The notes under the pieces were generated by a model. That model was not told the origin of the DNA and made no database searches. It saw only the letters and a program-made list of their open reading frames with translations. DNA of 64,000 nucleotides. Origin: Ptychomitrium polyphyllum (taxonomy: Eukaryota). Made by a program: the position numbers and the translations under genes. Shown here piece after piece: positions 53,166-64,000 of this stretch (position 1 is its first letter; the number at the start of each line of letters is the position of its first letter). The DNA lies in the NCBI GenBank assembly GCA_973851085.1, contig OZ316775.1:21700001-21764000 (forward strand). The letters are read 5' to 3'.

Positions 53166-54855
53166 CAATCGACACAAAAATCTTCAAGACTACAAATAAA
53201 TCCAACTTAATATTATTTTATTAGATGAACTCCATGTATTCATTGATTCAAGTATCCATCAAACACCGCATTTATTCAGGAACTCAAGTGGCCATCAAAC
53301 ATTTATTCAGGAATTAATACATCTGTTCAAGAGCTAACACATACCTTTGGACTAAGTGAACCTGCGGCTTCAGCCGTTGATAACACAACCGGCAATCGTA
53401 GTATACTTGTAGCATGCATACCTGATACATGGGCACAAACAGAGGCCTTGTGCATGTTGGCCATTTAACAGCGTCGAGTACCACTCCACAGGTGCTCTAT
53501 CTGCATCTGGATTTGATAGAATTCAAGCACTCTTGACAGGCGCAAATGCCAAACAACGAGCTCCATTCAGATAGGCCTTTGTTGTGGAGGAACAACACTC
53601 GACTGTGAAGCTCTAGAGACCCTCCCAGACACAACTACCTACCGCTTCCTTTTCGCACCCGTCATTGGAAACTAGTTTGCTCACACTAAACCTGCCTTGC
53701 GCTAAGAAGGAAGGCATAGCTGCTACATTCTTGCAATCAGTTGCCCACTGAAAACAAACAAAACAAAGTTGATGGACAGATCCTAGTACCGATATGGGAA
53801 CCCCCGCGATTCATATTCCGATATAGGAATGACCCGTGATCGAGAGAATTAGGATGGATCTACTCCAAGAAAGACTTCCAGGAAACATAGATTTCCAAGA
53901 AACTTGCATTCTACAAGTATAAAACTTGTTTTCCCTGCTCTCGTCTCTGAGGTCTCACTTCCCTGAGGTCTCTCGTCTCTCAACTACTCTTTCTTGGTCC
54001 GTAAACATTGAGCCCTATATGTGCCCAGATACAGAATCATCTTCGAGATTCAGGAGGATTGATGGCACCGCCATTTTAATTCAAGAAGGAGCTCAACAAA
54101 ACTTAAGAGAACATAAGCTGTCACTGCATTATATTTAATGTGCATCTTTGCATCTATGGCCAGTAAAGTACACTGAGCACATTTTCCATATTTCAAAACA
54201 ACTTGAAAGTTGTTAGTATGCAGCAGAATGAGCGAGAAATGGAACCTTCAAGTTTAAGTTAGTGCCTCAAATCTGCTCTGACCTTGAGTACTATATTGAA
54301 TTAGAAGTCCGGTTGCGGTTGAAAATGATATATAGTAACACTACATCATCAGAGCTTGATATTCTAGATAACAAGACCTTGATACTTGAAAAGCTCTTCC
54401 TTTGAACTATGATAACTGGAATAAAGTTTGTAAGGTAACATACGCCAAAACCTCTAAAATGTTCACTACTGGACCAATATCAAGGACATTCTAGACTGAT
54501 AGACTTCAAAAAACCTTACAGCAAAAACCTCAACCCCTCTGTATCGATAGAAAGCTATATAAGAGAGAAATGTATCGACACAGTACATCCAGTTGTTAGC
54601 ACCACGACATGATCATATAAAGCTTTGTTAACCTGAAATTTGAAGGTAAATATGCATCCTATATTTCAACTGCGATCAGGCAACCCTTGGAATGTGTTGG
54701 TAACCTCTGCAGCGAACTGATTTCATGCCAGAAGAGATAACACTTATTCATCCTTACACAAATATTATATCAATGAGTTTCAAAGAATTTATATCTTGTC
54801 TTAACGATCCCTCGTCTAAGGCAAGAGGTCCAACTGTTCATGTTTACAGCCATAC

Positions 54856-55649
54856 CTAATTCCTTACTATGATCACATACTTCATCAAGATAGCAGTCAC
54901 CTCCGGAGCAACTTTGGCAGCTTCAGCACTGAGGCGCTTGATCTTCTCATCAGTCTCAGCTTCCAGACGCTTCACATTTGCACCAGTGTCACCGCTGGTA
55001 TCCTGGAGCTTCTTCCGAAACTCAGCCTCCCGCTGTGCCCTGTACTGAGCCACCTCTCGCTCAGATTCTTCCTTGGCTTGTCTAAGTCTGAAAACAGAAG
55101 AACATATCAGCTGAAGCTCAAAATGGCAATCAAAACGGGCGCAGATGCAAAGATACTGAACCCACATCACATCAATCAAGGAACGGTTTTACAAACTAAT
55201 TAGCATTTGTAACGTAGCGGGCGAGAGGGCGCATCTCGGCTCGTACACGACCAAGGATTGGCCCAGAGCAGGGGCACTATCACAGGGTAGTAGACTAGAA
55301 GACTGCCTCCATAATACATAAAACATAATCAATGAGACAAGCTACCGCTCTCAGTAACTAAGCGTTTTGGATCGCAGATGCTTAAACCGAAAGGACACTG
55401 AAATGCAGGACCAGGTAATCACACTCCATAAGTCACAAGAAAATACGACTTCCGATACTCAAAGCGAACCGGCCCGGTACAGGAAGGTCGATTTACCCGA
55501 TCAAAACGAACGTTGCCTTAAGGCGGAAGGACATAAGCTAGGAAACAATACCGTACAGTCTTGGCGGACCGAGCGTTAGCCACAGTGTGTTGCGCCTCCT
55601 GCTCCTCAGCAAGGAGCGCCTGAATGCCTCCCTTGTCTGATGCACTCAT
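54856..55649 (-). CDS. VHA-G: V-type H+-ATPase subunit G, about 109 aa, 2 exons
   Basis: Exons 55649-55552 and 55087-54856 (phase 2): [76 protein letters not shown].. Confidence 0.92.
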
Positions 55650-55932
55650 GATTGACCCCTCCAATTGGGCCGCAATCTGCACTTCAAATAATTGCACGAC
55701 GATGAGAAGTACGGATGGTGGAATGTTCACTGGACTTGCAAGAGAGGGTGAGTCCTGTCTATCACAAAACCTTGTTGCACCTGAAGAACAGAGGCATCAT
55801 TCCGTTCCGAGAGATTCGAAGGAAGTCTCCGGGCGTCGCTCGGTGTGGGTGTGGAGCGCGTTCCGGGATAAGCGAGTTGCAGAATCGCATTCAGTGAACA
55901 ACCTTTGACGCTCCGCTCTCTCTCTCTCTACA

Positions 55933-57400
55933 ATGAAGCCCACTATCTTCTCCTACAATTAACTTAGGACTGCCACACAAGATTTTAGCGACGACGTGAG
56001 GTTGGGCCAGGGCGGTCCTTGCGGTGTCTGCAGGGTACGGAGCATGTGTATGCAATTCTTATTTCTAAATATTCTGGATGTCACGATTTCAATTACGTGT
56101 GTACCAGAGTTCTATTCATTTGAGGCAACCATTTGCAACTGTTCCAAGTGCGCAGTGGAATGCAGGGCGTATTGCTGAATGGAGTAGAGGTGGCTGTGAA
56201 GCAGGTGTATGCCAAAACTGCACAAGGTATGGACAGGAATCTGGAACCCAAGATTGTACATTTTGGCCTGGCTCTGCCGTATCCTGAAGAGCAGAGCCAC
56301 ATCATGATAGTACATGACGCCAGAACCAAATAAGTTTGCAAGCACCAATGTCATCTATATTTTGCACTTCCTACCTCTATAGGTGAGTCTTTATGATGCA
56401 ACCTCAGAATAATAGACCTCGTCGGATCATTATTCTACCCATGGCGCCCGGAGAACTCCAACTCCAGGGTAGGAAAGAATTTAATAAACAATTGTGACTT
56501 TTCACCTTCCACCTGCTCATGTAGAAAGTTCATCACCTGCTCGTTTAAGGAATATGGTCATGTTTCATTCTGCTCTACCGAGGAGGATTTAGCAGGGCGC
56601 GGTGTGTTAATCTTGAGAGTTCAGATGTTTTTATTGACACTACTATCCTTAGGATGAGTGCAGGAGGTATTTGGCATTGGAGTACGCCATGCTCGGTCAA
56701 GTGCGTGACAAAGTGGATGTCTGCAGCTTTGGAATTTTATGTTTGGAGATCATCAGTGGTCGACAGAACATTGATGACACCAAGCCTCTTGACCAAACCT
56801 ATCTCTTCAAATGGGTATTAACGTGATCTCTTCCAGTCCTCACTCGCAATCTCCATGAATCTCGTGATGTCACAGTTTTCATTAGTACGTAGCCGCAGCT
56901 TGTTACATATCAAAGTCAATAGTAAACACAAGTTTTGGGCTATCTCATTCTAGACAGTTGATGTACCCTGAAGTTTAACATGACCTCTGGACAAAACACC
57001 ACATCTTGATGGTCAATATTCTGTGTGATGCCAATGTTAGAGACCAAATTGCAAGAAGTTGAATAATGCTCGCTCAATCCTCTCTATATCTGTGCTCAAT
57101 CAACTGTGTGTCGCTTGACACGCTTGGCTTCTCTACGAGGAAGTCATGCTAATGGAGCTGATTGACCCCAGATCCACTTAAGTACTGATGTTGAAGTGCG
57201 AGACGTGCAATGAGTGATCAACCTCTGCTTCTTGTGCATCCGGAACGTAGCAGAAAAGCGCCCCTCCATGGCTAGAATTGTATCCATTTTACAATGCGAC
57301 ATTGAATTCGAGGTGATAGTACTTGGCGAAGGCAAGATGTCCGGCAGACTGTCCACTAGGTCCACCAGATCTGACGATTCTTCCCAAGAGAGCATTTGAT
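55933..57400 (+). pseudogene. Receptor-like kinase (LRR-VIII-2/DUF26-related kinase domain) pseudogene
   Basis: Fragments KPTIFSYN*LRTATQDFS..LGQGG; GVLLNGVEVAVKQ; NLEPKIVHFGLA; GYLALEYAMLGQVRDKVDVCSFGILCLEIISGRQNID; LCIRNVAEKRPSMARIVSIL. In-frame stops, DFG changed to HFG, APE changed to ALE, and subdomains III-VIb are missing. Confidence 0.85.
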
Positions 57401-59357
57401 GCTTTGTGCAGGCTCGGACCGGGGGCAGGCAGTCCACATCCTGGGCTCCCGTATTGGAAAGGTGATGGGATTGTCTCTGGGATTACCAGCTCTTCTGTGC
57501 CGCAAGGGTTTGGTGTGTCTGCATCTTTGAAGTAAGGTAGCACCGTCAGTTTCAATATTGGGGGTACAAGATGAACGGTTGAATTTGGGAGCTACAATGT
57601 TGCGGCCTTCAGAGCGTTTGGTTTCGGAAGGCATGCTGATTGCGTTGTGTGACTGCCTCGTCCGATTTGAGAGCTCTGTTAGGGACTTGGAGTTTGGAAG
57701 CTTTGATACCTGCAGATTTGGAGTTTGGATTCGCCCTATGTGTGCTTGCGTGCATTTTTGTGTTATGGAACACTTTTGGAGCATTCGTGCCCGCATTTTT
57801 GAGTGATTGTGGTGTGAGTTTGCTTTCTTTGGATGCGTGTTTGCCTCTTATTGTTTCTACGCTATGTGTCGGTTGCATTATCTTTGTGTTGTGACATATT
57901 GAGAGGGTTTATGTGAGCGAGTTAGTGTTTCTCTACAAGTAGTGTAAGTCTATCAACTTTCAGTTTTTGGATTAGGCAGAATGTCTGCTTGCAAGTGTCT
58001 GGTCGTGAAAGTTTTGCATGCTCAAGTGACAGCAGTGCGCTTCGTATTGCTGGTTCTCATCTCCCTTTCTATTGAATTTATATTGTGCCTGTGCTTGATG
58101 CATACAAGAATGAATAGTGGGAGCTGAGAGAGTGTGCCATGTATATAACACTTGTGTTTGCAAAATATTTCACTCTTCTATGTTAACTTGAATATATGTT
58201 TGTTTTGTAGCTAGGGCTTCTTGCTAGGATTTTTTGCTAGGGCATCTTTCTGGAGCTTCTTGCCAGTGGTATGAGCAATAAAGCGTGTTTTGTTCAAGTG
58301 AAATGATGAAGGAGGGATCGTTCCAGTATGGACTTTGACTACTAGTAAAGCTGACTTCAAGGCTTTGGGCTGCCGCTTTCTATTGAATCCAAAAATGACA
58401 CTCTGCGAGTTCATGGCAATCTAGGTATTTTTTGTGGCATACTTGATGTTGGAGAATTTCCCTATAGGCTTTAAAATTTTGAGTTCATACTAAACATATT
58501 GGTGTACTTTTACACAGCTTTGAGTTGTAGGTTGTTACACCTTTTCATGTTAAGTTGTTTGCGTTCATTCATTTTGTACATGTTTTAGTGAATTATGTGA
58601 AGGAACAAGCTTGTAATTTCTCCCACTCTTCTAGTAATGTTCGAATACTTCCTAATATCTCTATACTGGCATTTTACTCCCTCGGGCTCTATTAACCTAT
58701 TGCAGCATTCCGTAGTCTTCGTCTTCGATCAACTCCATCCTCTAACTACATTTTCTGGTGGTCTCATAGTGGTGCATTCATCATTGTAGAGTGCATTCTT
58801 CTGTGACTTAATTCACTGTACTGTAACTCGGTTTTGGCTCGACTGTGCTTTGTTTCTTGTCCGGGTCATCCGCTAATCACTGCTAATACTAACTTGAACG
58901 CTGCTAAGTATCTGATGACTCTGAGAATGCTATGATGAATACACTCACACTGGGACTCACTCACTCGCTCTTATACCATTTTAGCAGAAACATAATATCT
59001 GGAGAAGAGGTGGCCTGCGCAAGTAGATGAAGAAGGGTAATGACACGCCTGCTCATATACAGTTCCTGAGAAGATGAAAATGACATCACGGATGAATTCT
59101 ATTCATCACTAATTACAAACCCTAAGGGAGGCGACTAGCGGCACAGAAACCTAATATAACATTCTCGTGACCAGATTTGCTGGCATCTTCCGCTTCACCC
59201 TCTTGTGCTTGGCGTGGAATGGGTCTGCGTTTGTACTGCTGTTTTCCGGAGATTTGAATAAGCAGTTTGCCCGTGTTCCTGGATATAAAGTGCTGGTTTT
59301 CGCGATGAGAGTCTGGAAGTTGGAGCTGCTATACTGCTGTCTCAACTCAAGCAACTA

Positions 59358-59448
59358 CGTTTGTGGGTTATTTGTAGTAGCTTAAGCAGTATCGTTTGTG
59401 GGTTATTTGTAGTAGCTTAAGCAGTATCGTTTGTGGGTTATTTGTAGT
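59358..59448. repeat. 35-bp tandem repeat x2.6
   Basis: CGTTTGTGGGTTATTTGTAGTAGCTTAAGCAGTAT at 59358 and 59393; partial copy at 59428. Confidence 0.9.
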
Positions 59449-62400
59449 GGGTTATTGTCACCTGTAAATGTTCGCAGTCTAGGCTCGGTTAAGGCAATTC
59501 GTGGCTCTTCATTTCTTGCTGCTCTTGTCGTAAGGTGTGCGGATGAGGAACCAGCTTATGTCGATGTGGATCAAGTTGCTGGGTTTCTGAGGCGATGATC
59601 TGGAAGTTGGAGCTGTTATAACGCATGAGCCTCAGTTTCTAGGCCAATGCTTGTGGTTATCGGTTGCAGATGGCACTAAACGACGTGCTGATTATGGATG
59701 AGCGTTAGAAGTGCCAGTTGCTAAATTCTGCTCTTGACAGATCGACGGCTGTGATGCTACGTGCGAGTCAACAGCCGTGGAGGTGGCGATTACATCATAC
59801 TTATTTTTGTAGTCAAAGCAAGGGTGATGCTACACTCTCATCGCCATATAAGGTGAGTCTCTGAAGCTAGATTATGTCTTATCACTTCACGTTTGTGGCG
59901 TACATGATGGTGAGGAGTTGCTTGACAAACTGTAAAATTTAGAGTTTATACTGTATGTATCGGTGCACCTGAATAGAGCTTCGAGCTGTAAGTTGTCAAC
60001 CAGGTTGGTTTTAGGTTGGTGTGTAGACATGGAGGATTCCATTTACGACTTTGTACTGCACAGAGTTTGTAAGCAATATGATTCAGAAACTGTATGCAGT
60101 GTAGAACATTTACCGGGTTCACTTGGTGTGCACACTAAGATGGCAAGTGGATGTTATAGGTTGGAGTGGTCATGGCTTAGATTGTACTTGTTGGGAGATC
60201 ATGTAACGAATGGTGCATGTTGGATGCGGTTATCAACAAGTGAACGTTGCAGAATCCGGTGGACCTGGCAGGCTCTGAGAAGATCTCCGAAGCTGGCACT
60301 GAAGTCGTTCGTTTGAAAGAGGGAGCCCGCATGAAGAAAAGTCTCACGACTCTTGGAATAGAAGTAAACAAGCTGAGTGACGAAGGCGGAAAGCAAGGGT
60401 ACTTGTTATTGTAGTCTCCGCAAGCATAATAGCTGTTGCACAGTTTGAAGAGGATTGATTATATTCTAGCTTCACAGTAGCGACTATGCTTACGTTTATT
60501 ACGTGTTTATCCAATGACAAAATGCGATAGAAATTCTTTGAAATGGACCAGGAGGAGTCTACCTTCATCTGCGATGTGCTCATTGGTTCCTGTTATCACG
60601 CGGAGCTCGAATCCCGTATCGTGACAGTAAGCTTACTCGAATCCTCCAATCGGCTTTGGGAGGAAATGCAAGAAATGCAATTATTTGTACCATAAATCCT
60701 GACGAAGTTAGTTCCGACCCTGTAAGTCGACGGAAATGCAATCAACTCTAGGAGTTGTGAATACGATCGGCTGCTTAGATCTTGTGAACGCCCTAGAAGC
60801 TTGTATTACCATGACATTTTGACCTCATACCCTATTATTGAAATTATTGCCACACAGATTGACGTCGATGAGACCAGGGGCTCCTTTGAATTTGCTAGCG
60901 GAGCCAAGCGTGTTACGAACGATGCCCAAGTGAATGAGGTGAGTTGACATCCCGTTTGTAAGTCCTATCATGCAAAGAGTAAATATGAATCGAAGCTTTT
61001 CGACAATCAAACGGCGTGTGAACAGGATACTTGCACTTATCTTTAGTTTATAGTATTTTAGCACGATCGGACTCTAATGTTGGTCTTATTCTTCGGGAGA
61101 TCGTGACAGATGCCGCACTTCTGAAACGACTGAAAGAAGAAAAAAAAGAACTGCAGAGACAACTTGAGGTCAATTACATTGTTCTTGAGTCGCTTATCTA
61201 AATGACATATGTGGTTGGAAAACGACGTAAAGTCAAGAACAGGAGATGTCTCTATTGCACGTACTCATGAGATGACCGAATACTAGGATTTAGAATGGTG
61301 CCGCAGCTTTAATGCTGGACGCATGTTGAATCTCATGTCGAGACAAAAATATACTACGCAATATGGTTATGGTTATTGTTTGTCGAGTGATACATGTGGC
61401 TATAATTCAGTACTAGAAATGAATATGTCACGACTCCATATCATTGTTGGATACATTTAGTTTGCATCACTTATGGGCTTCATTACCTTAGAACATTGTA
61501 GGGATCACCTCATTTTAAACACTTAATGACCATTAGTCCTTGAATGGTGACAAATTAAGCCTGTATTTAGGATAAGGAATTTGTGAAGTTGCATGTTTAA
61601 TGTTAGGGTTCTTTGGTTGTTGTAGTATATTGATGTGCATTACACTTTTGTAAGTAATGTGAGGGAATTGGATAACATGACCAAGGGCATATACTTTTTT
61701 GACCTTCTTGGTTTTTAAGTTTTGTTGTATGTTCTATGTGAATAGAAAGATGAAATAAGAAAGATTTATGGAATACGTAAGTGAGCAATCATCTATTTTA
61801 GGTGATTGCTGAAAATTAAGACAGTGGCCTTCCTTGGGCTTTATTGAACTATCTTCCTTGTACTATGGGTTTGGGTCTTTAGATCATTAAATTGAAGTGA
61901 TATCGTGTGTTTTGTGTTACATATGGAAGACTTGTAGATATTGATTAGGACTATGAAGTACTTTAGAATAGAATTAAAATCCTACCCGAAGTTTGTATGG
62001 CAGTCTTACATTCTAGTTGAATAAATTGATGGTGGTTTAATTTTGACAGGTATGAAGCTTGGCTTAATGAACATTAGGTGTACAATACCAACTTGAGACG
62101 TTGTAGATAATTGTGATGGACATTTACTTTTTGAATACTCCAACGAGGAGCTGTTTTGGTGGCACTGAAATTCCACATGGAACTTGCATTGGAATAGGTC
62201 TTCAAAAATTTTCAGGTATGTTTACTTTCGTATGCCTTGTGATCAAGTACTTCAAGTTCAATGATGACAATGATTGGAAATAATATGCTATGGTTATTAG
62301 TCAATGAGCTTGTCATGCTAGTAAGTTTTCATTGTGTTCCGTGTTTTGATAAAGGCATAGATCCTTAGTATGCTACTAGAAATGTGTTTCTATGGTGTTA

Positions 62401-62610
62401 CTATGTTGATTATATATTCTAGTTGCATATTGCAGGGCTTTTGCTAAGATTGTTTGTACAAATCAATCTGGTGTAGAGTTAAAGCTTGCTTTTGGCTGAA
62501 AGAAGTTTTGTGGGTATTATAGGAATTATTGAGCAATCTCACCTATTTCCCAACTTCATACTCGAGCAGACCTTGAACTGAAGGAACAAAGGTTATCATA
62601 GTATTATGAA

Positions 62611-64000
62611 ATGATGGACTTTTTGCAATCAGCAATGGAGACTATGACAAAGGTTAAAACACTAATGAAACAAGGGGTAGTGTTGAATGAAAGGCAGTGT
62701 TGGAATCTGTTGGGAAACTTTTTGAGTGGTCTCGAAGCAATTCAAAGCATCATTGGTGATTCTTGTACAAATGTGTTTGATGGAGCAAAAGCAGATTTGT
62801 TTCGATTTGTAATTAAAGTGAGAGCCTGTATTGAAGAGTGTTGCAAGAAGGATTGGCTGAAGGCTGCAGTGATGCAAATGAATAATAAAGAAGCTTTCAG
62901 AGAGCTTCTCATAGACTTGGATTGTTGTTTTGACACCATATGTGACATATGTCGATCCTATAACCCACGTCGAAGTGAAGAAATCATTGAGATAAGACGG
63001 TGTACCACCTTTTTCCCAACACACATTGATGAAGTTGAGGAAGACCTATTGTCCTTGTATAATAGGCTTGATTGTATTGAAAAGCAACCATCATATGTAA
63101 GTAAAGATGTTGAACTTGCACATTATCTTATGGGACGGATAAGGGGCCTTCAAAAGGCCAAGGGGGGTGGATTAGACATCATTGTTTACCCTGATGGTTA
63201 TCCTCATCCTGAATATGGAAGTCCACCTGTTCGATTGGGTGGGAGTGGAAATGTGGCGGTGTATGCAACAGATTGGTTGGGTTTGGAAAGTGCAACGAAG
63301 GTTATTCCGATCTACGGTGAATCTGATGAATGGAAGAAATCTATTTTCAAAGAAGCTGGCATTTTGGGAGGATTGAGTCATCCAAACATCATCAAGCTTT
63401 TTTGTTGTGGTTTTTCTGAAGATAGAAAGGGGTTTGAACTTGTCATGGAACGAGGAAAGATGACCCTATCCAAAATGTTGGAAGTGAGAGGCCCCCTTGT
63501 AGAAGAAATTGCAATGGACATTATGCTACAAATTGCAAGTGGGATGTGTTACATGCATGATATGAAGGTAGCACATCGTGACCTGAAGCCTGAGAATGTT
63601 GTTGTGAATCTAGTGGATATCCCGGAGGTCGTTGGCATGGCACATGTACATGTGAAGTTGCTTGATTTTGGTATTTCAAAAGGCGAAGTGAAGAACACTC
63701 TAGAAACGCCCACAGGAGGAAATATAGGTACTATTGGATATATGGCACCTGAGGCTATAATGAAGAATGCAGGTGACAAATCCTTGAAAGAAATTGATGC
63801 TTTGAAAGCTGATGTGTTTAGTTTTGGCATGATGTGTAGTGAGATTGTCTCAGGGACAAAACCTTTTGGTGGTGGTTGCCGTTTTCATGCGTATCAAACA
63901 AACATTGAGGTTGGTGAAAGGCCAGAGTTGCCAAAAGCTTGTTCACAAGAACTGAGATCGTTGATAAGCAAATGTTGGTCTTTGTTACCATCAAAGAGGC
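62611..64000 (+). CDS. Helical-bundle (MLKL-NTD/DUF1221-like) + TKL-type protein kinase, 3'-truncated by the window edge
   Basis: Hand translation is stop-free from ATG 62611 to the window end: MMDFLQSAM..LNERQCWNL..IEECCKKDWLKAAV..NKEAF; LGGSGNVAVY; SATK; KEAGILGGLSHPNII; HRDLKPEN; DFG; GTIGYMAPE; KADVFSFGM; GERPELP..CW..PSKR. Confidence 0.9.
   Translation, partial: MMDFLQSAMETMTKVKTLMKQGVVLNERQCWNLLGNFLSGLEAIQSIIGDSCTNVFDGAKADLFRFVIKVRACIEECCKKDWLKAAVMQMNNKEAFRELLIDLDCCFDTICDICRSYNPRRSEEIIEIRRCTTFFPTHIDEVEEDLLSLYNRLDCIEKQPSYVSKDVELAHYLMGRIRGLQKAKGGGLDIIVYPDGYPHPEYGSPPVRLGGSGNVAVYATDWLGLESATKVIPIYGESDEWKKSIFKEAGILGGLSHPNIIKLFCCGFSEDRKGFELVMERGKMTLSKMLEVRGPLVEEIAMDIMLQIASGMCYMHDMKVAHRDLKPENVVVNLVDIPEVVGMAHVHVKLLDFGISKGEVKNTLETPTGGNIGTIGYMAPEAIMKNAGDKSLKEIDALKADVFSFGMMCSEIVSGTKPFGGGCRFHAYQTNIEVGERPELPKACSQELRSLISKCWSLLPSKR

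Noticed and set aside
51960..53700. Two exon-like minus-strand segments flanking an AT-rich insert
   Set aside because: They contain stops and have no recognisable family signature.
60591..61108. Possible second solo LTR (TGT.. to ..CGTGACA)
   Set aside because: The terminal inverted repeat is weak and there is no target-site duplication.

Overview
Eukaryotic, intron-containing plant DNA, most consistent with a moss (inferred from gene families: EG16-type GH16, helical-bundle TKL kinases, a CYP85-clan P450, and a TGTCGC-bounded LTR). Exon structures were reconstructed by hand from GT..AG sites and codon phase. Genes in order: (1) a secreted or membrane-anchored tandem GH16 (EG16-like) protein running off the left edge, whose first domain lacks the catalytic residues; (2) an 8-exon SGS3-like zf-XS/XS/coiled-coil protein; (3) a C2-domain protein; (4) a TE-rich block containing a solo LTR; (5) a decayed multi-exon pseudogene; (6) a one-intron CYP85-clan P450; (7) a doubly frameshifted RPL27 copy whose introns carry one intact double-guide H/ACA snoRNA and a broken paralog; (8) an LHT-like amino-acid transporter; (9) a helical-bundle kinase spliced to a GTPase-like domain with no P-loop; (10) a copia relic; (11) a DUF266/BC10-like glycosyltransferase; (12) V-ATPase subunit G; (13) an RLK pseudogene; (14) a second helical-bundle kinase running off the right edge. 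The two edge genes are missing from the supplied ORF track because they have no stop codon inside the window. The most interesting items are the kinase/pseudo-GTPase fusion, the snoRNA kept intact inside a dead ribosomal-protein gene, and the tandem GH16 with a pseudo-catalytic module. All family calls come from motif recognition by eye; no database search was run.
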